From NCBI GenBank assembly GCA_965198225.1, contig CBDAOY010000006.1, positions 736,001-800,000 on the forward strand: DNA of 64,000 nt, read 5' to 3'. Numbering within the stretch: position 1 is the stretch's first letter; the number at the start of each line of letters is the position of its first letter. This document shows positions 20,157 to 29,408 of the stretch, piece after piece. A program made the position numbers and the translations under genes. Under the pieces are notes generated by a model. That model saw only the letters and a program-made list of their open reading frames with translations. It ran no database searches and had not been told where the DNA came from. The DNA is from Terriglobia bacterium. Its GTDB lineage: Bacteria; Acidobacteriota; Terriglobia; 20CM-2-55-15.

Positions 20157-20594
20157 ATGGGTAGGAAGTACAAGCAGGAGGGCTATCAGGACAACGGCGG
20201 CAACAGGGATAAAAAAGCAAGGCCGCAACAACAGCCGAAGAGAACCAGAGAGGGACCGCGCTCCCCGAGAATGCCCGGATTTCAGGAAGTGATGCGCTGC
20301 GCCATGTGCGGCAACATCATTTCTACCCTGGTAGAAATCCGGGGCGACAGCCAGTGTCCGAAGTGTCAGGCGGACCTGCGCACTTGCAAACAATGCCGTC
20401 ACTTCGATACTGCTGCTCAATTCGAGTGTACACAGCCGATTCCAAAGCGCATCCTGAAGGACGTCCGGAACGACTGCGAGTTCTTCGACGCGCGCACGTC
20501 GGTGGAACGGGAGACGACCTCCCCGTCGCCGTCCTCTCAGGGGAGTGCAAGTCCCAGGGACGCCCGGAGCGCTTTCGACGATCTCTTCCGCTAG
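20157..20594 (+). CDS. Cys-rich (zinc-binding) hypothetical protein
   Basis: GGAGGAG RBS; CAMC, CPKC, CKQCRHF, C, CEFF; ends AFDDLFR. Confidence 0.8.
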   Translation: MGRKYKQEGYQDNGGNRDKKARPQQQPKRTREGPRSPRMPGFQEVMRCAMCGNIISTLVEIRGDSQCPKCQADLRTCKQCRHFDTAAQFECTQPIPKRILKDVRNDCEFFDARTSVERETTSPSPSSQGSASPRDARSAFDDLFR

Positions 20595-20762
20595 CAACCT
20601 CTTCCGGCAAGGAACCTTGGTTCCGGTGCCGTCGATACTTAAGCTATTTGGTACTAGTGATTTCGCACCCAGCCCGACCCTGCGGCACCGGCCTGAAGGC
20701 CGGCGCGTCAGTAAATTGGGTCCGGCGGGCGCGCCTGTCCAGAAGGACAGAAGGGAAAGAAT

Positions 20763-22247
20763 TTGACAGAAGAAAACCTGAAGATCGCCGTATTCGTCGA
20801 CTTCGACAACATCGAAATCGGAGTCAAGAGTACGCTGAACAAGAATTTTGACATCGGCGCGGTTCTCGAGGCCATCAAAGAACGCGGCGAGATCGTGACG
20901 AAAGTTGCCTACGGAGATTGGAAACGTTCCGGGGATTACGGGCGTGCCATGGGGCAGCATGCCATCCACATGGTCCAGAGGAACCTGACGCCCGGGGGCG
21001 ACAAGAATGGGGCCGACATCAACCTGGCGCTCGACGCGTTGGAGATGGCGTTCATCCGAGACCACATCAATGCTTTTGTTATCGTCGGTGGCGACAGCGA
21101 TTTCATTACGCTGGTCGAAAAACTCAAGCAATACGACAAGAAGGTGTTCGTCGTCGGAGGTCGCGCCTTCACCAGCGCAATCCTCCAGAAGAACTGCCAC
21201 GAGTTCATCGCGTATGAGAACCTCATCCGCTCGCAGTCTTCCGGACGGAAGCAATCGCGTTCGCGAAGCGCGAGCGAAGCACCGTTGGAGAAGGCCGTTC
21301 CGCTCGTACGTCGCGCGCTGAAGATCCTGACGGATCGCGAGGTCTCCCCGCAGTTGGGCCTGCTGAAGAGCACACTGCTCCAGCTCGATTCGACGTTTTC
21401 GGAGCGGGACTATGCCGCCACGACATTTCGCGATTTCATGGAAAAGCTCGCCCGGACAGGCGTGATCAACCTGAAGCAGGTTGATCGCTCGTGGCTGGTG
21501 GAGCTCCGCGAGGAGAAATCCGACAACGGCGAACGGGATCGGACGACTCGCAGCAGGAAGGCGAAGGCGTCGTCTCGGAGGAAGCCGGAGGGTCCGGGAC
21601 CCGACAACGGCGAGGAGCCTGCCGGTGCCGAGAATGGTTCGGCCCGGCAGGAAGAGGGGGTCCAGGTGATCCGATCGGTTGTAGAGACGATCGATGCGAC
21701 CCAGAAATGGCCGATGTACCTGCGGAACGTCAAACAGCTCCTCAAGTCCGCCCGCCCCGACTTCGACGAGAAGGAATACGGATTCTCGAGTCTGCTGGAC
21801 GCCGTGCGACAGAGCCAGAGGGCCGGTGTTTTCCGGCTCGAGCGGAACCGGCAGGGTGTGCTCCGGATATTCCCGGGTGAGATGTCAAAAGCCCCGGAGC
21901 TGGCGGCCTCCGACACGCCGCGGGAAGCGGAAGCCTCTGTAGACGAGTCAGTTACGTCCAGTGAGGTTGTGCCCGAAGCCGTGGAACCCGGATTGGATCA
22001 GGCGGAGGCTGTTCCCGAGGCCGCGGCCGCCGGGAAGCCGACCCGGAAACGAAAGACCACGGCGACCAAGACTCGCAAGACGACGAAGAAAGCCGCCAAG
22101 AAGGTCACGAAAACTACCAGGAAGAAGACTACCCGGACGACGAAGAAGGCCACCAAGACAACTCGCCGCGCCGCCAAGAAGGAGCCTGCCGCAGCCGACA
22201 AGCCCGTAGAGCCCGCGGTCGCCGCGAAACTTGAGGATCAAGTGTAG
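20763..22247 (+). CDS. NYN (PIN-fold) domain protein with two LOTUS/OST-HTH domains and a Lys/Thr-rich tail
   Basis: VFVDFDN, KNGADINLALDA, GGDSDF; FSERDY..TFRDF and FDEKEYGFSSL; TKKAAKK tail. Confidence 0.88.
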   Translation: MTEENLKIAVFVDFDNIEIGVKSTLNKNFDIGAVLEAIKERGEIVTKVAYGDWKRSGDYGRAMGQHAIHMVQRNLTPGGDKNGADINLALDALEMAFIRDHINAFVIVGGDSDFITLVEKLKQYDKKVFVVGGRAFTSAILQKNCHEFIAYENLIRSQSSGRKQSRSRSASEAPLEKAVPLVRRALKILTDREVSPQLGLLKSTLLQLDSTFSERDYAATTFRDFMEKLARTGVINLKQVDRSWLVELREEKSDNGERDRTTRSRKAKASSRRKPEGPGPDNGEEPAGAENGSARQEEGVQVIRSVVETIDATQKWPMYLRNVKQLLKSARPDFDEKEYGFSSLLDAVRQSQRAGVFRLERNRQGVLRIFPGEMSKAPELAASDTPREAEASVDESVTSSEVVPEAVEPGLDQAEAVPEAAAAGKPTRKRKTTATKTRKTTKKAAKKVTKTTRKKTTRTTKKATKTTRRAAKKEPAAADKPVEPAVAAKLEDQV

Positions 22248-22495
22248 GTGCGCTCTATGAGCGCACGTCTTTCGGTTCGAACACTCTGCGGTCCTAGACC
22301 CTTGCCGTCGAAAACATCTTGAGGGAACTCTTCGGAGACAGGTTCAACCTGTTGGAATCGGTCGGCCCGCCGGCGTGCCGATGAAAAGGGTCTCGGGAAT
22401 GAAGAGGGCGAAACTTCAAGATCGGGTGTAGGTGCGCTCTATGAGCGCACATCGTTTCGGCTCGAAGAATGTGCGGTCATAGACCGCACCTACAC
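22242..22495. repeat. REP elements (22242-22300 degenerate, 22426-22495 complete doublet)
   Basis: GTGTAGGTGCGCTCTATGAGCGCAC...GTGCGGTCATAGACCGCACCTACAC. Confidence 0.9.
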
Positions 22496-22527
22496 CTCGC
22501 CAAAAATTTCCAAATTTTGGGGTAGCG

Positions 22528-23139
22528 CTAATGGACGGCGAAGTGGACCGCCTTCAGGACTTCGTCGACGATTGCGGGATCAAACTGCGTTCCCTTGCCG
22601 ATGATGAGCTGCTCGGCCGCTTCCCGCTCGGTCCGTCGCGTGCGATAAGACCGTTCGCTCGTCATTGATTCATAGGCATCCAGGACAGCGATAACCCGCG
22701 CCGCAAAGGGTATGGCGTCCCCTTCGAGACCGTCGGGATAACCCCTGCCGTCGTACCGCTCGTGGTGGTGCAGCACGACGTCGGCAATGTGGGCAAAGTC
22801 ATCGGCATGCTCCAGGGCCTCGAATCCCAGCCGGGCGTGTCCCTGCATGATGATCCGCTCATCCACGGTGAGGATGCCGGGCTTGTGGAGGATAGGGTCG
22901 GGTATGGCGATGGTTCCCAGGTCGTGCAGGTGAGCCGCCGCCTCGGCAACAGCAATTTCGTCAGCCGACAGTTCCATCCTTTGGCAGACGTCTCGCGCAA
23001 GAAGCCGCATGCGCTCGCTGTGTAGCCCGACTGTGCGGTCGCGCATCCGGACCAGGTTGGCGAACGTTCCGGTCTGCGCCTCGGCCGGGTCTTTTGTAAG
23101 CCTGTCTAGCAACGTCGACATACTGAGTTCCTCGTCCAT
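22528..23139 (-). CDS. Stand-alone HD-GYP phosphodiesterase (copy 3, divergent)
   Basis: HSERM, LHDLG, HHHERYDGRGYP, RSYR, GTQFDP. AGGAG RBS before ATG 23139. Confidence 0.92.
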   Translation of the reverse strand: MDEELSMSTLLDRLTKDPAEAQTGTFANLVRMRDRTVGLHSERMRLLARDVCQRMELSADEIAVAEAAAHLHDLGTIAIPDPILHKPGILTVDERIIMQGHARLGFEALEHADDFAHIADVVLHHHERYDGRGYPDGLEGDAIPFAARVIAVLDAYESMTSERSYRTRRTEREAAEQLIIGKGTQFDPAIVDEVLKAVHFAVH

Positions 23140-23252
23140 TCTCCTGCGCCCCGTTGGACGCCTGATGAGTGTTGAAGAGAGCCGAGAGCCCTTGTAAAAG
23201 AGTCCCCGGCGTGTGGGGCGCGACCTGCGCGGAATCCCCGCTTCACCTTTGC

Positions 23253-23280
23253 TTATCGGCCCGAACACCCCGGAGCATTA
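23253..23280 (-). promoter_or_regulatory. Putative sigma-28 promoter of HD-GYP copy 3
   Basis: TAAT-N16-GCCGATAA. Confidence 0.55.
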
Positions 23281-23293
23281 ACTTTTTTTCGGG

Positions 23294-23732
23294 TCACGGG
23301 GCCATGCTTTCATCCAGCGACATCCGAACGACTTCCCGGATCCGGGCGATCGGTTCGATTCTTCCTGTCGTTGTTTCGATGAGGAACGCCGGCAATATCC
23401 TGTAGCTCTTGAGGATCCCGACGCCCAGCTGTTCCAGTTCAGAGGCGAGGTCTTCCTTCAGTTCGGGTCGCGTGCGCACCAGGATGCGGACTGCCTGGTC
23501 GGAAGTTCCATCCTGATCCCGAATCCCTTCCACCATCTTCCGGAGCGCTTCGTCGAGTTTGTCCGTGAATGTCCCTTCGGATTCTGCTGAACCGGAGTCG
23601 GTCATTGTGTTTCCCGTTTGTGATTGTGCCGCGGCCGGGACCCAGCCCGAAAGGACCAGGCTGACCACGACCGTCCGGGACCCAGCCCGAAAGGACCAGG
23701 CTGACCACGACCGTGTAAAAAATCTTCTTCAT
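23294..23732 (-). pseudogene. Secreted subtilase-propeptide-only (I9-like) protein, frameshifted by a 40-bp duplication
   Basis: ATG 23732 MKKIFYTVVVSLVLSGWVP. Perfect tandem repeat 23635-23674/23675-23714. The downstream frame KLDEALRK..VRILVRTRP..VVRMSLD resembles the propeptides of the neighbouring S8 proteases. Confidence 0.7.
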
Positions 23733-23782
23733 GATTGTCCCATCCTGGTCAGAGCGGAGATCGCTCCAACCTTGACTGCGGT

Positions 23783-23812
23783 TTCGGAAAGCAGCCGAGG
23801 CCGCATTCCGAA
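23783..23812 (-). terminator. Stem-loop after HD-GYP copy 2
   Basis: TTCGGAAAGCAGCCGAGGCCGCATTCCGAA, homologous to 26616-26648. Confidence 0.5.
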
Positions 23813-23823
23813 GGTAAAGGTTG

Positions 23824-24426
23824 TCAGTGAAGCTGGACCCGGCAACCGATGACTTCGAGCAAAGCGTCGACGACATCGGGGTCGAACTGAGTCCCTTTTC
23901 CACCCAGCAACTCAATGCCGGCGGCCTGTATCGTCCGTCCCTTACGGTACGGACGATCCGTCGTCAGCGCGTCGTACGCATCCACTACAGCGATGACGCG
24001 CGAGCCGAACGGAATGTTGTCCCCAGCGCGATGGCTCGGATAACCCGTGCCGTCGTACCACTCGTGGTGATGGAGCACGATCGGGGCGAGATGGCTGAAC
24101 TCGTCCATCTCGCGCAGGGCTGCCGCGCCCAAGGCCGAGTGGGTCTGCATGATCTCCCACTCGTCGGCGCTGAGGCGGCCCGGTTTCCGCAGGATTTCAT
24201 CCGGGATGCCGATCTTGCCGATATCGTGCAGGTACGCAGCGGCCTCGATCGTTTGAGTGTCTGCCGGACCGAGGCCGAATTGCTCGCAGATCTTGCTTGC
24301 GAGATCCAGCACCCGGTCGCTGTGAATCCCCGTGTAGGGGTCCCGGACCCGGAGCAGGCTCAGGAACGATTTCGCCTGCCCCGCGATCTGGTCTAACTGA
24401 AGTTCTTGCATGATTACAGTCGACAT
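23824..24426 (-). CDS. Stand-alone HD-GYP phosphodiesterase (copy 2)
   Basis: RDPYTGIHSDRV, LHDIGK, HHHEWYDGTGYP, DRPYR, GTQFDP. Confidence 0.95.
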   Translation of the reverse strand: MSTVIMQELQLDQIAGQAKSFLSLLRVRDPYTGIHSDRVLDLASKICEQFGLGPADTQTIEAAAYLHDIGKIGIPDEILRKPGRLSADEWEIMQTHSALGAAALREMDEFSHLAPIVLHHHEWYDGTGYPSHRAGDNIPFGSRVIAVVDAYDALTTDRPYRKGRTIQAAGIELLGGKGTQFDPDVVDALLEVIGCRVQLH

Positions 24427-24440
24427 CGGAACCTCCTGCC

Positions 24441-26451
24441 TTAAAAGTCGTCCCAGGTAATGGTCTTACCCCAGACGATGGTTTCCGCGTCGACCTCGTC
24501 CCAGACGATGGTCTTACCCCAAACGATGGTTTCGCCTTCGACCTCTTCCCAGGTGATGGTCTTGCCCCAGACAATGGTTTGGCCGTAGGACGTCTCGTTG
24601 TAGTCGAAGTTGTCGGCTTCATAGAGGCCCTTGCCCCAAACGATGGTCTCGCTCCAAACGGCCGGATATCCGGAAATCACGTTGGAGTAGTCCAGGCCCA
24701 CGCCGTTGTTGAGGAGCCAGTAGTCTCCTTCAGCGGTCGTGGCGTCGACGTTGGCGGCCAGGTTGACCGCACCGGCAGCGTTCATGTAGCCGGCGCCCAC
24801 CGCGTACGGGTTGCCGAAGTTGCCCTCGGCCGTGTACATCAGGATGGCCTTGACCTGGTTCGGCGTCAGGTACGGGTTCTGCTCCAGCATCAATGCGACG
24901 GCGCCGGCGACGACCGGGGCCGACATGCTGGTGCCGCTGAGCCACATATAATTGTTGTCCACAACGATCTGCGGGTGGTTGGTCGCCAGAGCGTTTCCGG
25001 CGGCGCGGGCCGCAACGATCTGGGTTCCCGGAGCCGCGATGTCGGGTTTGATCAACTCTTCAAACCGCGTCGGTCCCCGAGAGCTGTAAGAGGCGACTGT
25101 ATCGTCGGACCGGGATGGCGTATCCCAGGTCGTCATCGCACCGACCGTGAGGGCCGACGCTTCGGTACCCGGGCTCGTGATCGCACCGTATTGGATCTCG
25201 CCATCCGCATTCTTACCGCCGTTGCCGGCCGACACGACGACGACGATACCGGCATCGACTGCCGCGCGAACCATCAAGGTCATCGGATCGGTGTCGGCCG
25301 ACTCGTACGGCATGTGGCCGAGCGAGAGGTTGATGACGCGGATGTTGTAGATGTCGCGATTCAAGATTGCCCATTCGAGCGCCTCGATGACGTCGCTGGT
25401 CTGGCCGCCGCCGCTGGCGCTCAAGACCTTCAAGTCGATCAGGTGGGCCCCTGGCGCCATGCCGGCGTACTGTCCGCCCGACGCCATGCCGTTACCGGCA
25501 ACGATCCCGGCCACGTGGGTGCCGTGCCCGAACTCGTCCCCGCCGGTGTTACCGCCCGTGAAATCCACCGTGTGGACCACGTTGGGCAGATCGACATGAC
25601 CGCCGATGCCGCTGTCGATGACAGCGATTCCGATGCCCGCGCCGGTGACCCCGTATGCCAGGGCCGCATCTAAGGCGCCGGTGACGGTGGCCAGCTCACC
25701 GGGCGTGCCGTTTCCGTTCTGCGACAGTTCGATATTCGCATCCAGGTGCAAGGAGGCGACGTCGTAGTTGTCGGCCAGCGTGTCGAGCAGATCGGCCGGA
25801 ACTTCGACCACGATCCCGTCAAACAGCTGGAACTTGCCGATGCCGTCCTGGATCGCGGCGCCCTGGCTGGAAAGGTTCTCCAGGCTCGCTTTGTAGCCCG
25901 GCTGTGCCCGAATGATGACCCGAACGGTTTCGACTTCCGTGTTGACGGAATCGATCTTCTCGTTTATCGCTTTTTCAAACTTCTTCCGGATCTCATTGTC
26001 GATCTTCGAGTCGATGCGGGCCAACGTCTCTGCCAGCTTCGCCTGCCGTTTGGCCTTCTCTACGGCGGCCTTGTCGGCAGCCTCATTTTTCAGCGCGGCG
26101 GCCTTGTCGGCAGCCTCATTTTGCTCAGCGGCGGTCTTATCGGCAGCCGCCATTTCCAACACGGCGGCCGTCTCCAACGTGGCGGCCGTCTCGTTAGCCA
26201 CCATTTCGAACTCGGCAGCCGCTATTTCCAACGTGGCGGCCGTCTCGTTAGCCACCATTTCGAACTCGGCGGCCTTGTCGGCAGCCTCATTTTCCAGCGC
26301 GGCGGCCTTGTCGGCAGTCTCCATTTCCAACGCGGAGGCTGTCTCGGCAGCCTGTTCCATGATTTTTGCGAGGCCGAGCTGCTGGGCGCTCGCGGTATAC
26401 GGCGCGACCAGCGTCAGGCTCAACATTAAGAGTTATAAGTAAACGCTTCAT
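24441..26451 (-). CDS. S8 subtilase with acidic N-terminal coiled coil and C-terminal TIxW repeats (copy A), +1 frameshift in the signal peptide
   Basis: VIDSG, HGTHVAG, SAGN, GTSMSAP. The RBS-linked ATG 26451 is 25 nt from ATG 26426 (24 nt in the paralog); the long frame starts at 26426. Confidence 0.88.
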
Positions 26452-26520
26452 TAAGCTCCTCCAAATGAAAGGGACGGGAAGACGGGGTCTGCAGCGCAGA
26501 CTCTCCCGCTTCATTCGTAC

Positions 26521-26547
26521 GTATCGACGGGAATAGCCAAAGGTTTA
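26521..26547 (-). promoter_or_regulatory. Putative sigma-28 promoter of S8 copy A
   Basis: TAAA-N15-GTCGATAC. Confidence 0.6.
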
Positions 26548-26615
26548 GTATTTTTTGGCAGGCGAGTGAGGATTTCGCGGAAGAACGCTCGGTTTTCTGG
26601 AAGGACAATGGAGGG

Positions 26616-26648
26616 TTCGGAAAGCGGCCAAGGCGACCGCTTTCCGAA
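26616..26648 (-). terminator. Stem-loop after HD-GYP copy 1
   Basis: TTCGGAAAGCGG-N9-CCGCTTTCCGAA, 12-bp perfect stem. Confidence 0.65.
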
Positions 26649-26659
26649 GGTTAAGGTTG

Positions 26660-27262
26660 TCAGTGAAGCTGGACCCGGTAACCGATGACCTCGAGCAGGG
26701 CGTCGACGACATCGGGATCGAACTGGGTTCCCTTGCCGGAGAGCAACTCGATGCCGGCCACCTCGATCGACTGCGCCTTGCGGTACGGACGGTCCGACGA
26801 TAGCGCGTCGTAGGCATCCAGTACGGCGATGACGCGCGAGCCGAACGGGATGTTCTCGCCGGCGCGCCGGCTCGGGTAACCCGTGCCGTCGTACCGCTCG
26901 TGGTGATGCAGCACGATCGGGGCGAGATGGCTGAACTCGTCCATCTCTCTCAGGGCTGCCGCGCCCAGGGCCGAGTGGGTCTGCATGATCTCCCACTCGT
27001 CGGCAGTGAGGCGGCCCGGTTTCCGGAGGATGTCGTCCGGGATGGCGATCTTGCCGATATCGTGCAGGTACGCACCGGCTTCAATTGTCTGGGTGTCTGC
27101 CGGACCGAGTCCGAACTGCTCGCACATCTTGCTTGCGAGATCCAGCATCCGGTCGCTGTGAACCCCCGTGTAGGGGTCCCGGACCCGGAGCAGGCTCAGG
27201 AACGACTTGGCCTGCCCCGCGATCTGGTCTAACTGAAGTTCTTGCATGATTACAGTGGACAT
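26660..27262 (-). CDS. Stand-alone HD-GYP phosphodiesterase (copy 1)
   Basis: LHDIGK, HHHERYDGTGYP; GGAGG RBS. Same length as and near-identical to 23824..24426. Confidence 0.95.
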   Translation of the reverse strand: MSTVIMQELQLDQIAGQAKSFLSLLRVRDPYTGVHSDRMLDLASKMCEQFGLGPADTQTIEAGAYLHDIGKIAIPDDILRKPGRLTADEWEIMQTHSALGAAALREMDEFSHLAPIVLHHHERYDGTGYPSRRAGENIPFGSRVIAVLDAYDALSSDRPYRKAQSIEVAGIELLSGKGTQFDPDVVDALLEVIGYRVQLH

Positions 27263-27274
27263 CGGGACCTCCAC

Positions 27275-29281
27275 CTAAAAGTCATCCCAGGTAATGGTCT
27301 TACCCCAGGTGATGGTCTCAGCGTCGACTTCATCCCAGGCGATGGTCTTGCCCCAGGTGATGGTTTCGCCTTCGACTTCGTCCCAGACGATGGTCTTGCC
27401 CCAGACGATGGTCTCGCCCTCGACTTCTTCCCAGGTGATGGTCTTGCCCCAGACGATGGTTTCGCTGTAGGACGTCTCGTTGTAGTCGAAACCGTCGACC
27501 GAGTAGAGGCCCTTGCCCCAGACGATGGTCTCCGCCCAGACAGCGGGGAAACCGGCGATCACGTTGGAGTAGTCCAGGCCCACCCCGTTATTGAGGAGCC
27601 AGTAGTCTCCCACGGCGGTCGTGGCGTCGACGTTGGCGGCCAGGTTGACCGCGCCTGCGGCGTTCATGTAGCCGGCACCCACTTCAAATGGGTTGCCCTT
27701 GCCGGCCTCGGCCGTGTACATCAGGATGGCCTTGACCTGGTTGGGCGTCAGGTAGGGGTTCTGCTCCAGCATCAACGCGACGGCGCCCGAGACTACCGGA
27801 GCCGCCATGCTGGTGCCGCTGAGCCACATGTAGTTGTCATCGACGACGACCTGCGGGTAGTTCTTCGCAAGATCGTTCTTGTCGCCCCTGGGGGCTACGA
27901 TCTGGGTTCCCGGAGCCGCGATGTCGGGCTTGATCAACTCCTCGAACCGCGTCGGTCCCCGAGAGCTGTAACCGGCGACCGTGTCATCGGCCCGGCTGGG
28001 GGTATCCCAGGTCGTCATCGCGCCGACGGTCAGCGCGGACGCTTCGGTACCGGGACTCGTGACGCCGCCGTAGACGATCTCGCCCTCGATCCTGCCGGCG
28101 TTACCGGATGAAACCACGACGACGATGCCCGCGTCGACGGCCGCGCGGACCATCAACGTCAGCGGATCGGTATCGGCCGACTCGTAAGGCATGTGGCCGA
28201 GCGAGAGGTTGAGGATGCGGATGTTGTACTGGTCGCGATTCAGTAGCGCCCATTCGATGGCTTCGATGACGTCGCTCGCGCTGCCACCACCGTTATTCTT
28301 GAGCACTTTGAGGTCGATCAGGTGGGCTCCCGGCGCCATGCCGGCGTACTGTCCCCCCGACGCCATGCCGTTACCGGCAATGATCCCGGCCACGTGGGTG
28401 CCGTGCCCGAATCCGTCGCGCCGGTTGTTCACTCCGTTCTGGCTGGCGTTGGTGGTGAAGTCCTCGGTATGGACGACGTTGGGAAGGTCGATGTGGTCGT
28501 CGTCGATGCCGCTGTCGATGACGGCGATGCCGATACCTGCGCCGGTGACCCCGTATGCCTGGGCCGCCTCTAGGGCGCCCGTGACGGTGGCCAACTCACC
28601 GGGTAGGTTACCCCCCGTAGCCGTGGATCCGTTTCCATTGTTGGACTGGCCGTTGCCCGCACCGTTTCCATTCTGCGACAGTTCGATGTCCGCATCCAGG
28701 TGCACGGAGGCGACGGCAAAATGGTCGGCCAGCGTGTCGAGCAGATCGGCCGGAACTTCGACCACGATCCCGTCGAACAGCTTGAACTTGTTGACGCCGC
28801 CCTTGATGTTAGCGCCCAAGCTGGAAAGCCTCGCCAGGTTCGATTTACTGCCTGGCTGGGGCCGAATGATGACCCGAACGGTCTCGACCTCCGCGTTGAC
28901 GGAATCGATCTTCTTGTTTTTCGCTTTCTTGAATTTCTTCAGGACCTCGTTGTCGACTTTCTTAGAGATCCGCGCCAGGGTGTCGGCCAGCTTCTGCTTG
29001 GCGGCGGCCAGGGCTGCCTGAGCCTTCGCAAGCCGCTTTTCCGCTTTGGCGTTTTGCTTGGCGTTCGCATTCTTTTTGTTGGCAGTTTTTTCAGCTTTGG
29101 CTTCGGCCCTGGCGACGCCTTTCTCCGCCTGGTTGACCTTCTTGTTAGCCTTCTTGACTTGGTTGGCCCCTTTCTTGGCCGCCTGTTCGATGATCTTAGT
29201 AAGGTTGGGTCCTTGGGCGCTGACGCCATCGGGCGCGACCAGCGTCAGGCTCAACATCATAGTTATTAGTAAACGCTTCAT
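27275..29281 (-). CDS. S8 subtilase with basic N-terminal coiled coil and C-terminal TIxW repeats (copy B)
   Basis: Signal peptide MKRLLITMML..VSA; VIDSG, HGTHVAG, SSGN, GTSMAAP; tail of four 16-aa ETIxWGKTIxW units. Confidence 0.93.
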   Translation of the reverse strand: MKRLLITMMLSLTLVAPDGVSAQGPNLTKIIEQAAKKGANQVKKANKKVNQAEKGVARAEAKAEKTANKKNANAKQNAKAEKRLAKAQAALAAAKQKLADTLARISKKVDNEVLKKFKKAKNKKIDSVNAEVETVRVIIRPQPGSKSNLARLSSLGANIKGGVNKFKLFDGIVVEVPADLLDTLADHFAVASVHLDADIELSQNGNGAGNGQSNNGNGSTATGGNLPGELATVTGALEAAQAYGVTGAGIGIAVIDSGIDDDHIDLPNVVHTEDFTTNASQNGVNNRRDGFGHGTHVAGIIAGNGMASGGQYAGMAPGAHLIDLKVLKNNGGGSASDVIEAIEWALLNRDQYNIRILNLSLGHMPYESADTDPLTLMVRAAVDAGIVVVVSSGNAGRIEGEIVYGGVTSPGTEASALTVGAMTTWDTPSRADDTVAGYSSRGPTRFEELIKPDIAAPGTQIVAPRGDKNDLAKNYPQVVVDDNYMWLSGTSMAAPVVSGAVALMLEQNPYLTPNQVKAILMYTAEAGKGNPFEVGAGYMNAAGAVNLAANVDATTAVGDYWLLNNGVGLDYSNVIAGFPAVWAETIVWGKGLYSVDGFDYNETSYSETIVWGKTITWEEVEGETIVWGKTIVWDEVEGETITWGKTIAWDEVDAETITWGKTITWDDF

Positions 29282-29352
29282 TAAGCTCCTCCGATTACAA
29301 GGGGACAGGGAGACGGCGGTCTGTCGCGCAGACTTCCCCGATTCATTCGTTC

Positions 29353-29379
29353 GTATCGGCGCGAATAGCCAAAGGTTTA
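29353..29379 (-). promoter_or_regulatory. Putative sigma-28 promoter of S8 copy B
   Basis: TAAA-N15-GCCGATAC. Confidence 0.7.
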
Positions 29380-29408
29380 GTTTTTTTGTGTCCCGGATGA
29401 GGAAAAGC

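Noticed and set aside
26452-26660. c-di-GMP riboswitch upstream of the proteases
   Set aside because: The conserved class I and class II elements were not recognisable. The shared sequence is explained by a sigma-28-like promoter and hairpins.
24441-29281. Abortive-infection or toxin-antitoxin subtilase system (AAA ATPase partner)
   Set aside because: No ATPase partner is present. The proteases have signal peptides and are paired with HD-GYP genes.
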